A stretch of DNA of 64,000 nt from Longimicrobiales bacterium (GTDB lineage: Bacteria; Gemmatimonadota; Gemmatimonadetes; Longimicrobiales; Gaopeijiaceae), in NCBI GenBank assembly GCA_965219445.1, contig CBDCNQ010000004.1, forward strand, positions 320,001-384,000, in the 5' to 3' direction. The number at the start of each line of letters is the position of its first letter. Within the stretch, counting starts at the first letter, position 1. Position numbers and translations under genes: made by a program. The notes under the pieces are model-generated. The model had not been told where the DNA came from. It ran no database searches and saw nothing but the letters and a program-made list of their open reading frames with translations. Shown here one piece after another: positions 20,921 to 30,984 of this stretch.

Positions 20921-20946
20921 ATCGGCCTACACTTCGATCGAATACC

Positions 20947-23900
20947 GTGCTCACGCCTCCCTACATCGAGCTCCACTGTCACTCCGGCTTCTCCTTCCTG
21001 GATGGGGCCTCTCATCCGGAAGAGTTGGTCTTTCGGGCCCTCGAGTTGGGCTATCCCGCCATGGCGCTCACGGATCACAACGGCCTGTACGGGTCCATGG
21101 AATTCGCCCAAGCGGCCCGCGCCGAAGGACTTCAGCCCATCACCGGTGCCGAGGTCACGGTGGCTCTGGACATTCCGGGGATCCCCGAGGGCTTGGACGG
21201 ACTGGGCGGAGACCCCGACGGCGACTCGCTGGCTCGGGGCTGCCACATGACCCTTCTGGCCGAAACTCCGGCCGGTTACGCCAACCTCTGCCGGCTCCTG
21301 AGTGAGGCGCACCTCCAGAGTGAACGCGGACGGCCCACCCTTCGCCTCTCGTCCCTCCTCGCACGCACGGAGGGGCTCATCGCCCTCACCGGGTGCCGGC
21401 GAGGCCCGTTGTCGAGGGCGCTGGAAGACAGCATGGCCACGGCCGAGCTCCTGGCCCGGCGCCTGCACGCTGCCTTCGGCCCCCGAGGCCTTTTCGTCGA
21501 GCTTCAGGACAATGAGCAGAAGGGCGACGGCTACAGAAACCGCAACCTCGGTCGACTCGCCGACCGGCTCGGAATTCCCGTGGTGGCCACGGGAAACGTC
21601 CACTATCACCGCCCCGAGCGGCATCGGCTTCAAGACGTCTTGGTGGCCATCCGGAATCGGACCACGCTGAACGGCTCGCACGAGCAACGCCGTGCCAACG
21701 CACGATTTTACCTGGCTGCGCCCGAGGAAATGGCCCATCGCTTCCGGAGCCGCCCGGACGCCCTCGCTCACACTCTGGAGATCGCCGAGCGTTGCGCCGC
21801 CTTCGACTTGACCAAAGACCTGGGCTACACGTTTCCGGACTTCGAGGGGAGCGACCGGGGTGGAGCGATCGAAAATCTGGCCGCCGTCTGCCTCGCCAGA
21901 CTGGACGAGCGCTACCGGGGCTCCAAGCTGGAGGCCGAAGCCCGTGAGCGGCTCCACCAGGAACTCGTGCTGGTGGACCGACACGGCCTCGGGGGGTTTT
22001 TCCTGGTCTACCGAGACATCATGGAGTTGGCCCGGGATGTGGCCGCCGAGATCCGGAGCGGCGCCCCCAGGGCCCACGCTGGCCTGCCTCCGGGGCGTGG
22101 GCGAGGCTCCTCGGTATCGTCGATCATCTGCTACCTGATCGGCCTCTCCCACGTCGATCCCATCAAAACGAACCTCTTCCTGGGCCGCTTCCTAAACGAC
22201 GCCATGCGAAGCGTCCCGGACATCGACCTCGACTTCCCGCGCGACATCCGGGAACAGTTGATCCTCCGGGTCTACGAGCGATACGGAGGCGAGCACACGG
22301 GGCTCGTGTGCACGTTTCCCACGTACCGTCTGAAATCGACGCTCCGTGAAATCGGGAAGGCCCTCGATCTTCCGATGGGAGATCTGGAGAAGCTCTCCAA
22401 GCTGGCGGAGCGGCGCTCGGGCGGAGGCCTGCTCGCTGAGCTCGAGCGTCTGCCCGAGTTCGGTGAGAAGGCCGGCTCACCGCTGTGGCAAGCGCTTTGC
22501 GAGCTGGCCGACGACATCCGGGGCCTTCCCCGCCACATCTCCCAGCACGTGGGCGGCATGATCATCTCGAGCCGTCCCCTGGTGGAGATCGTGCCTCTGG
22601 AGCCCGCCGCCTGGGAGGGTCGGGTGCTGTGTCAGTGGGATAAGGACTCCTGCGACGACGCGGGGTTCATCAAGATCGACTTTCTCGCGCTGGGCATGCT
22701 CTCCCTCGTCGAAGAGGCCGTGGACCTGATCTCGGAGCGACACGGCCGCGCGCCGGACCTCTCCCGCATCGACTTTGCCGACGAGACGCTTTACGAGCAC
22801 ATCTGCACGGGCGACACGATCGGCATGTTCCAAGTGGAGAGCCGGGCCCAGATCCAGATGATCCGCCGTGTGCAGCCTCGCAATCTGGAGGATCTGGCCA
22901 TCCAGGTGGCCATCGTCCGGCCCGGCCCCATCGTGGGGGGCGCGGTCAACCCATACGTGCGCCGGCGCGAGCTCCTCCGCGAGGATCCGAGCTTTCGGGT
23001 CCCGTACGACCATCCTCTTCTGGAGGAGGCCCTGGGAGAGACGCTGGGCGTCATCATCTTCCAGGATCAGGTGCTCCAGGTATGCCAGGCCCTCGCAGGA
23101 TTCTCGGACGGCCAGGCAGAGAGCCTCCGGCGCTCCATGAGCCGAAAGCGCTCCAAGGAGGCCATGGACGCCCACTGGGAGGCCTTCCGCGACGGCTCAC
23201 ATGAACGGGGCGTCGACGAGACCATCGCTCAAAAGGTCTTTCAGCAAGTGACCGCCTTCAGCGAGTTCGGATTTCCCAAGTCCCATGCAGCCGCCTTCGG
23301 CCTGCTGGCCTACCAATCCGCCTGGCTTCGCTACTACCACGGCACGGAGTACTACGTGGCGCTCTTCAACAACCAACCCATGGGCTTCTACTCCCTGGAC
23401 GCCCTGGGCCGCGACGCCCGCCGTCACGGTATCGGCATCCGCCTGCCCGACGTCAACCACAGCCGGGTGAAGTGCACGCCCGAGGACTCCGACCTCCGGA
23501 TCGGCCTGGGGTTCGTCCGGGGCTGGGGAGCCGACATTGCCGAGTGCGTGGTGGAGGAGCGAGAGCGGCATGGGCCGTTCGTCTCCCTCTCCGACTTCCT
23601 CCGCAGAACGCCCGGGTCCCTGAAGAGGCCCGCGATCGAGAACCTGATCTGGGTCGGTGGATTCGAGAGCTTCGGCCTCACGAGGAGGGAGCTGCTGTGG
23701 CAGGCCGGGCTCTGGCTGGGCCCCGAAGACGATTCGGGGCTGAGCGGCGGCCGGGACGACCATCCCCAGACCGAGCTCGGCTTGGAGGACCCGTACGAGC
23801 GGATCGAATTCCCCGACCTCGACGATTCGGAGCGGATGGTGGCGGAGTACCGCATGCTCCGCTTCTCCACGAACCTCCATCCCCTCTCCCTACTTCGGGA

Positions 23901-24342
23901 TGAACTCCCCGCTGAAACCGTGACCGGAGATCGTTTTTCGGACCTTCCCAATCACTCCACTGTGACGGTGGCCGGCATTGTCGTGGCCCGCCAACGCCCC
24001 TCGACTGCAAACGGCTATGTGTTTGTACTGATGGAAGATGAGTCCGGCCCTATAAACGTGATTGTGAAGCCAAAGATCTACGAAAAGTGCCGGACCACAG
24101 TGCGTATGGAGCCATTCCTCGTGGTGCGTGGACGCCTTCAAAAGGATGGGCTGACCACGAATGTGATCGCCCATACCGTGAAGGCCGTTCGGGTTCAGGA
24201 GGCGGAACAGCCGGAGGCTCTCCACCCTGCCCTGCCGGGCACCCTGGAGTACTGGGCCGAGCCGGAGCGGAGCCCCCGCGCTCCCTTTCGTTATCTGACG
24301 GCGCTCAGGCAGTCTCCGCCGGGCATCAAGAACTTCGGGTGA
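20947..24342 (+). CDS. dnaE2: Error-prone DNA polymerase III alpha subunit
   Basis: PHP 'YIELHCHSGFSFLDGASHPEEL', PDIDLDF, 'PRHISQHVGG', 'QWDKD', 'FQVESRAQ', 'GFPKSHA', 'NNQPMGFY', OB fold 'RQRPSTA'; GTG start chosen downstream of the promoter. Confidence 0.93.
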   Translation: MLTPPYIELHCHSGFSFLDGASHPEELVFRALELGYPAMALTDHNGLYGSMEFAQAARAEGLQPITGAEVTVALDIPGIPEGLDGLGGDPDGDSLARGCHMTLLAETPAGYANLCRLLSEAHLQSERGRPTLRLSSLLARTEGLIALTGCRRGPLSRALEDSMATAELLARRLHAAFGPRGLFVELQDNEQKGDGYRNRNLGRLADRLGIPVVATGNVHYHRPERHRLQDVLVAIRNRTTLNGSHEQRRANARFYLAAPEEMAHRFRSRPDALAHTLEIAERCAAFDLTKDLGYTFPDFEGSDRGGAIENLAAVCLARLDERYRGSKLEAEARERLHQELVLVDRHGLGGFFLVYRDIMELARDVAAEIRSGAPRAHAGLPPGRGRGSSVSSIICYLIGLSHVDPIKTNLFLGRFLNDAMRSVPDIDLDFPRDIREQLILRVYERYGGEHTGLVCTFPTYRLKSTLREIGKALDLPMGDLEKLSKLAERRSGGGLLAELERLPEFGEKAGSPLWQALCELADDIRGLPRHISQHVGGMIISSRPLVEIVPLEPAAWEGRVLCQWDKDSCDDAGFIKIDFLALGMLSLVEEAVDLISERHGRAPDLSRIDFADETLYEHICTGDTIGMFQVESRAQIQMIRRVQPRNLEDLAIQVAIVRPGPIVGGAVNPYVRRRELLREDPSFRVPYDHPLLEEALGETLGVIIFQDQVLQVCQALAGFSDGQAESLRRSMSRKRSKEAMDAHWEAFRDGSHERGVDETIAQKVFQQVTAFSEFGFPKSHAAAFGLLAYQSAWLRYYHGTEYYVALFNNQPMGFYSLDALGRDARRHGIGIRLPDVNHSRVKCTPEDSDLRIGLGFVRGWGADIAECVVEERERHGPFVSLSDFLRRTPGSLKRPAIENLIWVGGFESFGLTRRELLWQAGLWLGPEDDSGLSGGRDDHPQTELGLEDPYERIEFPDLDDSERMVAEYRMLRFSTNLHPLSLLRDELPAETVTGDRFSDLPNHSTVTVAGIVVARQRPSTANGYVFVLMEDESGPINVIVKPKIYEKCRTTVRMEPFLVVRGRLQKDGLTTNVIAHTVKAVRVQEAEQPEALHPALPGTLEYWAEPERSPRAPFRYLTALRQSPPGIKNFG

Positions 24343-24380
24343 GGGGTGCGGCCGGCTAGCCATTCGCGTACGCGAGGATA

Positions 24381-24420
24381 TTGACCCAACGCAGCCGATG
24401 TCAGATATTCTGATTATCAG
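24381..24420 (+). promoter_or_regulatory. Toxin-antitoxin promoter with overlapping palindromic operator
   Basis: TTGACC at 24381; palindromes TCAGA-TAT-TCTGA and CTGAT-T-ATCAG over the -10 region. Confidence 0.55.
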
Positions 24421-24429
24421 GAGGTCTGC

Positions 24430-24729
24430 ATGCCGGTTAAGGAAGCAGGACGTGTCGGAAAAAGGGGCACGCTCGTCATTCCCGCGAAGCTTCGCAGGAT
24501 CTTCGGGCTTGAGGAGGGATCCGAACTCATTGCCGAGGAGACCCCGGAGGGGATTCTCCTCAGACCTGCGGTGACGGTTCCGCTCGAGCTCTACGGTCCC
24601 GAGCGGAAGGCCGAGTTCATTCTGTCGAACTCGGTCGACGCCCCGGACTACGCCCGAGCCGTTGAGGAGGTTTGCGCTATGGGCCTGGACCCCAAGGACA
24701 TTCCCCATCGCCGCCCCGACGACACGTAG
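24430..24729 (+). CDS. AbrB/MazE/SpoVT-family antitoxin
   Basis: 'VGKRGTLVIPAKLRRIFGLEEG..ILLRP'; AGGAGG RBS. Confidence 0.88.
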   Translation: MPVKEAGRVGKRGTLVIPAKLRRIFGLEEGSELIAEETPEGILLRPAVTVPLELYGPERKAEFILSNSVDAPDYARAVEEVCAMGLDPKDIPHRRPDDT

Positions 24730-24732
24730 TCG

Positions 24733-25131
24733 GTGGATCGGCTCTTCCTCGACGCCAACGTCTTGTTCTCTTCAGCCTATCGAGAGGACCCCGGCGTTCA
24801 GCGGCTTTGGGCCCTGCGGAACGTGACCCTGGTGACCTCTGAGTACGCAGTAAACGAAGCGCGGAGGAATCTCGCCGGGACCGAGCAACTCAACCGGCTC
24901 GACAGACTTCTGGGCCCCATGGAGGTCGGGCCATCACGAACTCTCGACCCTGTCCTTCGAGGTGAGATCGAGCTTCGGGACAAGGACTGGCCGATCTTGG
25001 GTGGAGCCGTCGCGGCTGAGGCCACGCATTTGATCACCGGAGACCTGAGGGACTTCGGACCGTTCATGGGCCAGGTGGTCCTCGGCGTGCTCATCCTCAC
25101 CCCGGCACAATACCTCAAATCCGTGCCATAG
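24733..25131 (+). CDS. PIN-domain (VapC-like) toxin
   Basis: 'LFLDANVLFS', 'E..RNL', 'KD.PIL', 'LITGD..DF'. Confidence 0.88.
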   Translation: MDRLFLDANVLFSSAYREDPGVQRLWALRNVTLVTSEYAVNEARRNLAGTEQLNRLDRLLGPMEVGPSRTLDPVLRGEIELRDKDWPILGGAVAAEATHLITGDLRDFGPFMGQVVLGVLILTPAQYLKSVP

Positions 25132-25148
25132 ACTGACCAGTTGACCCC

Positions 25149-26309
25149 TCAACGAACCATGATCGTGCCCACCATGGCGGCTCCCTCGTGCGGGATGCAG
25201 AAGTACCGGTACTCCCCCGGCTCGGTGAACGTCCAGGTGAAGCTCCCCCCCGATCCGATATCGCCCGAGTCGAAAGCGCCGACGCCGGAGGGAAGTCGAA
25301 CGTTGTCCGCCTGCATGGCCCTGGACGGATCGGCTGTGACCGTGTGGACGACGGCCGAGGAGTTGCGCCAGCGCACGGCCTGACCCGCCGAAACGGTGAC
25401 CACGGCCGGCTGGTACGTGAGCTGGTTGCTCATAGCGACCTCGGCCGCCACGTCGCCGCTGGGACCCTGTTGAACGGTCCCCTCACGACCACCGAAGTAG
25501 CGCGACAGCGTGAACGGAATCGTGAACTCGAACCCGTAGCGGGTCTGGCCGTCGCCGAACGACGAGCCCTGGAGGCTAGCCGTACGGGCGTTCGTCACCT
25601 GGAGCGAGAGCGTATGGGGCGTAAAGGGCACCGCCAACTGGAGGGCTCCGCTCCACGCCACATCCAACTCTCCGTCGGGCACTCCAGCACCCGTCCCACC
25701 CGGTCCGACCTCACGGTCGGTGAGGGCGACCACGTCCCCAGCGAGGGCCACATTGTCCGAGACTCGGATCGTCGCTCCACCGCCGACGGCCCACTTCGAG
25801 TCGTCGAGCCCGTCGTCGAAGACATCCGACAAGAACCGCCCGACCGCCATGAGCCTGACGGGTCCGGCAGGAATGGCCACCGTCACCTCACCGTCCCCGC
25901 TGGAAGCCGCTTCGTTGAAGGCTCCCGTGATGGAAACGTCGACCGGGTGGCCCACCGTCGTCGATACTGGAGTCCAGCGGGCGAAGTACTCGTACTCGTT
26001 GAGCTCGCCCCCGTCCACGAGCGAATTGCTCGAGTAATCGACGCCCACGAGCGTTCGACCGGGCAGGGGAACGGCCAGGAAGAACGTCGGCGAGTTGAGG
26101 ATCTTGCTCTCAGTCGTCGTGTCCACCTTCCAGAAGCGGTGGAGGAAGTTGAAGTAGACGGTGCCCTCGATGCCGGTCCAGCCACCGGCGAGGCTGGCGG
26201 TTCGATCCAGGACGGACTGGGCGTGGGCGGGGTAGGGTGAGGGGAGGATGGCAGCGGCGGACAGGGACAGGAGCATCAGTGAGTGGCGGGTCCGACGAAA
26301 TTTGCGCAT
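25149..26309 (-). CDS. DUF5777-like beta-barrel fused to a C-terminal plastocyanin-like cupredoxin
   Basis: Signal peptide; 'FNFLHRF' and 'HTLSLQVTN'; type-1 Cu ligands HTVT..YFCIPHEGAAM. Confidence 0.75.
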   Translation of the reverse strand: MRKFRRTRHSLMLLSLSAAAILPSPYPAHAQSVLDRTASLAGGWTGIEGTVYFNFLHRFWKVDTTTESKILNSPTFFLAVPLPGRTLVGVDYSSNSLVDGGELNEYEYFARWTPVSTTVGHPVDVSITGAFNEAASSGDGEVTVAIPAGPVRLMAVGRFLSDVFDDGLDDSKWAVGGGATIRVSDNVALAGDVVALTDREVGPGGTGAGVPDGELDVAWSGALQLAVPFTPHTLSLQVTNARTASLQGSSFGDGQTRYGFEFTIPFTLSRYFGGREGTVQQGPSGDVAAEVAMSNQLTYQPAVVTVSAGQAVRWRNSSAVVHTVTADPSRAMQADNVRLPSGVGAFDSGDIGSGGSFTWTFTEPGEYRYFCIPHEGAAMVGTIMVR

Positions 26310-26583
26310 GGGCCTTTCTCCTGCTTGGGTAGGTCGTAAGGGGGTCCGTCGGGCAAACGTGAGGGCAACCGAACGTAAAAAGACCGCACCTCCGACGGGC
26401 GCCGCAAACGTATTCGGTTCTTGGGTGGGTGGCTATGTCGGGCATGACCTGAATGCCCGTTTGGGCTCAGCGGTTCCCGCTTGCGCCTTGTCGTGACACC
26501 GCCATAGCCCTTGGAAGCCGCGTTCCGCCAGCCAGCACGGGATTCCATGTCCAACCAAACCGATTATAGGTAGCCCAGCTGCT

Positions 26584-27942
26584 CTACGGACCCGTTATTA
26601 GCCCAGCCTGATTGGACAGGGGTCCGAACTGCGCATCCACACCGAGCGTGCCCCTGAAGGGTCTCACCTCGAAAAAATAGAACGTTGCCGCTTGTAGCCC
26701 ACCCGCCGTGCAAGCGAGCACTTGGCCTATTATCGCTCCAGCGACCGGGGCACCACATCCTCCGCTGGTGATATCGGTCCAGGCCAGGGTTGTGCTGGGA
26801 CGGAACCGGACGGTATAGCTCGAGGGACTCCCAAAGCCGTCGTCCACCTCGGTCCAGTTCAACGTGAGCGTCGTGCTGGTTGCTGTGACGGCGGTGAGAT
26901 CGATCACCTGGCCAGGGAACGGAATCGCGTCTACCGCTAGGTCTGTGCCGGATCTAGGGATCAATCGCCAACTTACCACGCCTCCAGCCGTTTGGCTGGG
27001 AACGAGCAGCCCAACGGCCTCAAGGATCGAGAACGAATCCGGGTGGACCTGGCCTAGATTGAATCCTCCGAGCTCTAGGAGAATCATGTCCAGCGGGCCG
27101 GAGCCATCGTCGACGGTCATGCGCAAGTCACGACCGGTCGGACTCGTGACCGTTGCCGTGTCCACGATATCGGCATCACGGATTCGCACGAGCGCAGCGT
27201 CTCTGAGCCCGCCGGCGGCGGTCGCAGCCGTTGCCGTGTTCAGCACCAGCGGCTGCGGAAGGACCACCTGTTGAGCCAAGAGGAAGGGCTCTCCTTCGCG
27301 GAAAATTGGCTGGCTGGCCTGCTGGGCTGCTCGCCCCAGGATCCTAACGCTGTCGCCCGGGAAGAGAGTCGATTGGGGGGTGCCGACCACTCTCAAGTAG
27401 GTCTCACCGGCCTGCAGGTGCAGGGATCCATCGCCAAAGGCACTGCCAGGGTTGAGCACGATTCCTTGGGTGAACCCCTTCGTCCCATCAGGGAGGCTCC
27501 GAGCCTCGGCAAGACTAAACGACGGGAAGGTCACGCCCATGATTACGCCCAAAGTATCGCCCGCTCGGAGGGTCAGCTCTGGGTCATCGAGGTCGAAGAC
27601 GGCAAGCGAATCTCCGAGGAAAGCGCCGTCCGCCTCGAGTCGGAGACGGCCTACGGGAACGTTGGCCAGGGCGAAGATTCCGTTGGCGTCTGTCGTAGCA
27701 CTGGCAGCCAGGCTCCGCGTTCCCGCCACGAAGAGATGAATATCCAGTCCCTTTACCGGATCATCGGAAGCGTCTTGGACTTCGTTTCCGTTGTGATCCA
27801 GGTACGCGAATCCGGTGATGGCACCCTCCGACTCTACGAGCAGTATGCGACCCGCGAGATCGGCATCGGTGCAGGATGAGACAACGAGCGCCAGTGCAAG
27901 AAGCGCCGCCGCGAGACTCAGCGTCCTCGTCCACCTCTTCAT
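26584..27942 (-). CDS. Lipoprotein with SdrD-B-like, OB-like and fibronectin type III domains
   Basis: Lipobox VSSC; 'YLDHNGN..D', 'TTDANGIF', 'VDDGSG', FN3 'LTLNWT..Y.F.VR'. Confidence 0.7.
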   Translation of the reverse strand: MKRWTRTLSLAAALLALALVVSSCTDADLAGRILLVESEGAITGFAYLDHNGNEVQDASDDPVKGLDIHLFVAGTRSLAASATTDANGIFALANVPVGRLRLEADGAFLGDSLAVFDLDDPELTLRAGDTLGVIMGVTFPSFSLAEARSLPDGTKGFTQGIVLNPGSAFGDGSLHLQAGETYLRVVGTPQSTLFPGDSVRILGRAAQQASQPIFREGEPFLLAQQVVLPQPLVLNTATAATAAGGLRDAALVRIRDADIVDTATVTSPTGRDLRMTVDDGSGPLDMILLELGGFNLGQVHPDSFSILEAVGLLVPSQTAGGVVSWRLIPRSGTDLAVDAIPFPGQVIDLTAVTATSTTLTLNWTEVDDGFGSPSSYTVRFRPSTTLAWTDITSGGCGAPVAGAIIGQVLACTAGGLQAATFYFFEVRPFRGTLGVDAQFGPLSNQAGLITGP

Positions 27943-30900
27943 CCGCCCCCCCCAACCAAATGGAACCCAATCCGTAGCATTCTACCTGTACTCGTCGAGG
28001 CGAGCTTCCTCCCAAAGCGAGGATTCACTGTGACGGGGACATCGACGTCACCCGTGATTGGATCGACCGACACCTGCCCAGACCCGTCGACCAGCAGAAG
28101 CGCGGTGTCCCGCAACCCTTCGTGGGATTGAAGGAGGTTGAAGCCCTCGACGACGAACTCCACCCGACGCCCACTCGATCGGAAGATGCCGAGGGCCAAC
28201 CGAAGGTCCAGAGCGTGCACTCCCCCCCCTCGGCAACGGTTGCGCTTTGCGAATTGCTCCAAGGCGGTCGTAAGGCAACTCCAACGCCGCGCCAGATCGA
28301 GAACCGCTGGATCATCAGGCACGAAGGACACGTCATTCGAGGCGGAGCCGTCCCCGTTGGCGTCTACTCCCGCCCGGTAACCCGCCGTGAAGGGGTAAGC
28401 GGAACGGAAACGGTACGTCCCAGTCAGGGTCCCCTCAGGGAAGCGGAGCGACAAGCCCACAGCCACGCGGTGCGGGGTGTCGAGGTCTGATCTACCTTCG
28501 CTCCACGGCGTGGGGGTGAGATCGTCTAGCCCGGGATCGAGCGCGGCGTCCGGCTGACCGGAAGCTACGCCCAGCCAGTTGTCCCTCGTTTCTGACCAGG
28601 TATAGGCACCGAACAGCTCCAACCAGTCTTCAACCCTGTGGTCGAGTGACACCGTAGCAGAGATTTGCTCGGACCAGCCATCAGGGTTCAAGGCCCATAC
28701 CTGGTCGAATTCGGCGAATCGCCGATTCGACCCAGGGGCGGACGTCAGCACGCCGCCTTGCTGGGCGAGCTGCCCAAGAACGCGCCGGCCGAACTGGTCT
28801 GAGCCGGCCGCCTCGGTCAGCAGGTTCAGATCGGAGCGGCGTAGCAGGAATTCGGTTCGCCGAAAGGAGCCCGACGCCCGGAAGGCCGTTCTCCTTCCTA
28901 GGAGCTGCCACAGACCGACATATGCGCGACGGGTTCGGGGGGACTCTATGCCGGTGCTCATCAGTGTGATGCGCTCCCCGGTCACCGGAACGGCAGTCTC
29001 ATCCGGTAAGCTGGGCCACGCACCGAGGTTCCCTACACCTCTCCGGATGTCGATACCTCGACCAAAGGAGAGGACCTCGCTGAGGGCCCCCGGATCCAGA
29101 TCTCCGTGGTGCGTTCCGGCCCCGGCCAAGAAGACCGTGTTTCCCTGCCCTCTCAAGTCCCAGCGAAGCCCGATTCGGGGGCTGAACCTATGCAATGTGG
29201 ATTCCGGCGCTTCCGCCCCAAGTCCGCTAGCCGCGATCCAGTCACCATTCACGCTTACGTCCTCGTCTGGAAGGAACTCCGCGTCGTACCGGAAGCCGCT
29301 GGTCAATCTGAGTCCTGGAGCCGCGTCCCAGCCGTACTGAACGAAGCTCGAGATCCTGGGCAGTGAAAAATTTACTGGCGGCCTTGGGGCCGCGATCTGC
29401 CTGAAGGCGCCGTCCCCGCTCGCGACCTCGTTCGGACTGGAGTACACGAAAGTTCCGACTCCGCTGCTCGGGAACCGGTACTCGAATGACGGAATCGAGA
29501 ACTGACCGCCGACCTTGAGATGGTGCTGCGGGCCGATCGAAAAATGGAGGGTAGGACCCCCGACAAAGCCGGCCCGGGACACCCGGCTGGGTAGCGAAGG
29601 ATCGAGCCCGATCCAGTCGCCCGAGTCAACGAGCCACGTGCCCGGGATGGGTTCACGGGCCGCCCCCGGGTGTTCCCTGCTGCTGCTTTGGAAACCGGTC
29701 CGGAACTCCAGATCAGCCGCACCGAATGGGCGCGTAGTGAGGGTCGCCGAGATCAGAATGTCCAGGGCTTCGAGCGGCGGTGTGGTGCCATAGGCTGCCG
29801 GAAACTGCATAGCCAGGCCTTGCGAAACCTGGAGCGCAGCGGCCATCGCCCCCACTTGGAGGCTGCTGGTGGGCGATAGCGCCCAATCGACTCGAGTGAT
29901 CCCGGTAACGGACCTCGTTTTTTCTACCCAAGGCTCACCGAACTCGGAGGCCCTTTCACCGAGGCCGGGCAACGCTGATGCAGTTGGACCAGCTACTACG
30001 GGAAGACGAGGCGTCTCCACCTGGTAGCCTTCCGCGGCCACGAAAAGGCGGGTCGTGTCTGCTATGAGGGGGATGCTCGCTCTGGCCCCACCCCAGAACG
30101 ACGTAAGGCTAGGAACACTCGCTTCGAAGGAATCGGAGAACCAGAGTTGGTCCGCCGAGCCACTACCGAAAACATCGATGGCGTTCCGTTGCCCGCCGGA
30201 TCGCGTCCCGACGACCGTGTAGCCTCCGGCGCCACCTTGCCCTTCAATGTCCGTCTGGGCCTCTGGAAACGCCAGGTACGCCAATCCCGACCTAGGGAGG
30301 ATCAGGGCTTCCGTTCCTCCGCCCGGCAGCCACGGGTGTCGAGCGGGAGAAAAGGGGATGCCGTCCACAAACGTCTGTGTCATGGAAGCTGGAAGACCCT
30401 CCGACCCCATGAACGGGTCGAAGCGAGACGAGAGAGAAGAGAGCGACGATATCGTCCGGAGGCGATCCGGGTAGTCGTCGACCTCATCCCCCTGGATCCA
30501 GCGGCCACCTCCGGGTATCACGATTCCGGTCAGCCCGATGGCGAGTGACACCGTGTCCACTCGTAGGACAGGGGGTACTGCCGGCGCGATGGTCACCGGG
30601 ACTCGGGTGCGTTCCCCGGGTCGGATCGGAATGCCGATCACCCGCACGGGTCCATACCCGATGATCTCCACGAGGAGGTCATACTCCCCGGGGGGTACTT
30701 GCGGGAATTGAAAGGCACCACCTCGCTCTGTCAGTTCCACTCGCTCCCACCCCGACGTCACCGAGGCGGCGACCACGCGTGCCTGCGCGACTGGTCGCCC
30801 AAACTCATCGACCACGAGTCCGTTCAGTTCACCGCTTGTGATACTCTGAGCGGCCAACCCGGTCGCCGACCCAACCATGGAGCAGAGGAGCACGCTGAGG

Positions 30901-30956
30901 ATCCGGCCGTTTGGTAGCAATCTTGCCGAACCGTTGAGATCGGTAGCACGGGTCAC
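27939..30956 (-). CDS. Oar-like TonB-dependent receptor
   Basis: Carboxypeptidase-regulatory N-domain, 'LTSGFRYD', 'FSPRIGLRWD', 'YTWS', 'DANGDG..ND'. Confidence 0.82.
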   Translation of the reverse strand: MTRATDLNGSARLLPNGRILSVLLCSMVGSATGLAAQSITSGELNGLVVDEFGRPVAQARVVAASVTSGWERVELTERGGAFQFPQVPPGEYDLLVEIIGYGPVRVIGIPIRPGERTRVPVTIAPAVPPVLRVDTVSLAIGLTGIVIPGGGRWIQGDEVDDYPDRLRTISSLSSLSSRFDPFMGSEGLPASMTQTFVDGIPFSPARHPWLPGGGTEALILPRSGLAYLAFPEAQTDIEGQGGAGGYTVVGTRSGGQRNAIDVFGSGSADQLWFSDSFEASVPSLTSFWGGARASIPLIADTTRLFVAAEGYQVETPRLPVVAGPTASALPGLGERASEFGEPWVEKTRSVTGITRVDWALSPTSSLQVGAMAAALQVSQGLAMQFPAAYGTTPPLEALDILISATLTTRPFGAADLEFRTGFQSSSREHPGAAREPIPGTWLVDSGDWIGLDPSLPSRVSRAGFVGGPTLHFSIGPQHHLKVGGQFSIPSFEYRFPSSGVGTFVYSSPNEVASGDGAFRQIAAPRPPVNFSLPRISSFVQYGWDAAPGLRLTSGFRYDAEFLPDEDVSVNGDWIAASGLGAEAPESTLHRFSPRIGLRWDLRGQGNTVFLAGAGTHHGDLDPGALSEVLSFGRGIDIRRGVGNLGAWPSLPDETAVPVTGERITLMSTGIESPRTRRAYVGLWQLLGRRTAFRASGSFRRTEFLLRRSDLNLLTEAAGSDQFGRRVLGQLAQQGGVLTSAPGSNRRFAEFDQVWALNPDGWSEQISATVSLDHRVEDWLELFGAYTWSETRDNWLGVASGQPDAALDPGLDDLTPTPWSEGRSDLDTPHRVAVGLSLRFPEGTLTGTYRFRSAYPFTAGYRAGVDANGDGSASNDVSFVPDDPAVLDLARRWSCLTTALEQFAKRNRCRGGGVHALDLRLALGIFRSSGRRVEFVVEGFNLLQSHEGLRDTALLLVDGSGQVSVDPITGDVDVPVTVNPRFGRKLASTSTGRMLRIGFHLVGGGG

Positions 30957-30984
30957 GACCGGGCCTCCACTTCTTTGCGTGTAC

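Noticed and set aside
24379..24390. 12-bp identity TATTGACCCAAC with the IS256 IRR
   Set aside because: Lacks the terminal CTC and any other IS sequence; explained as a -35 element and chance
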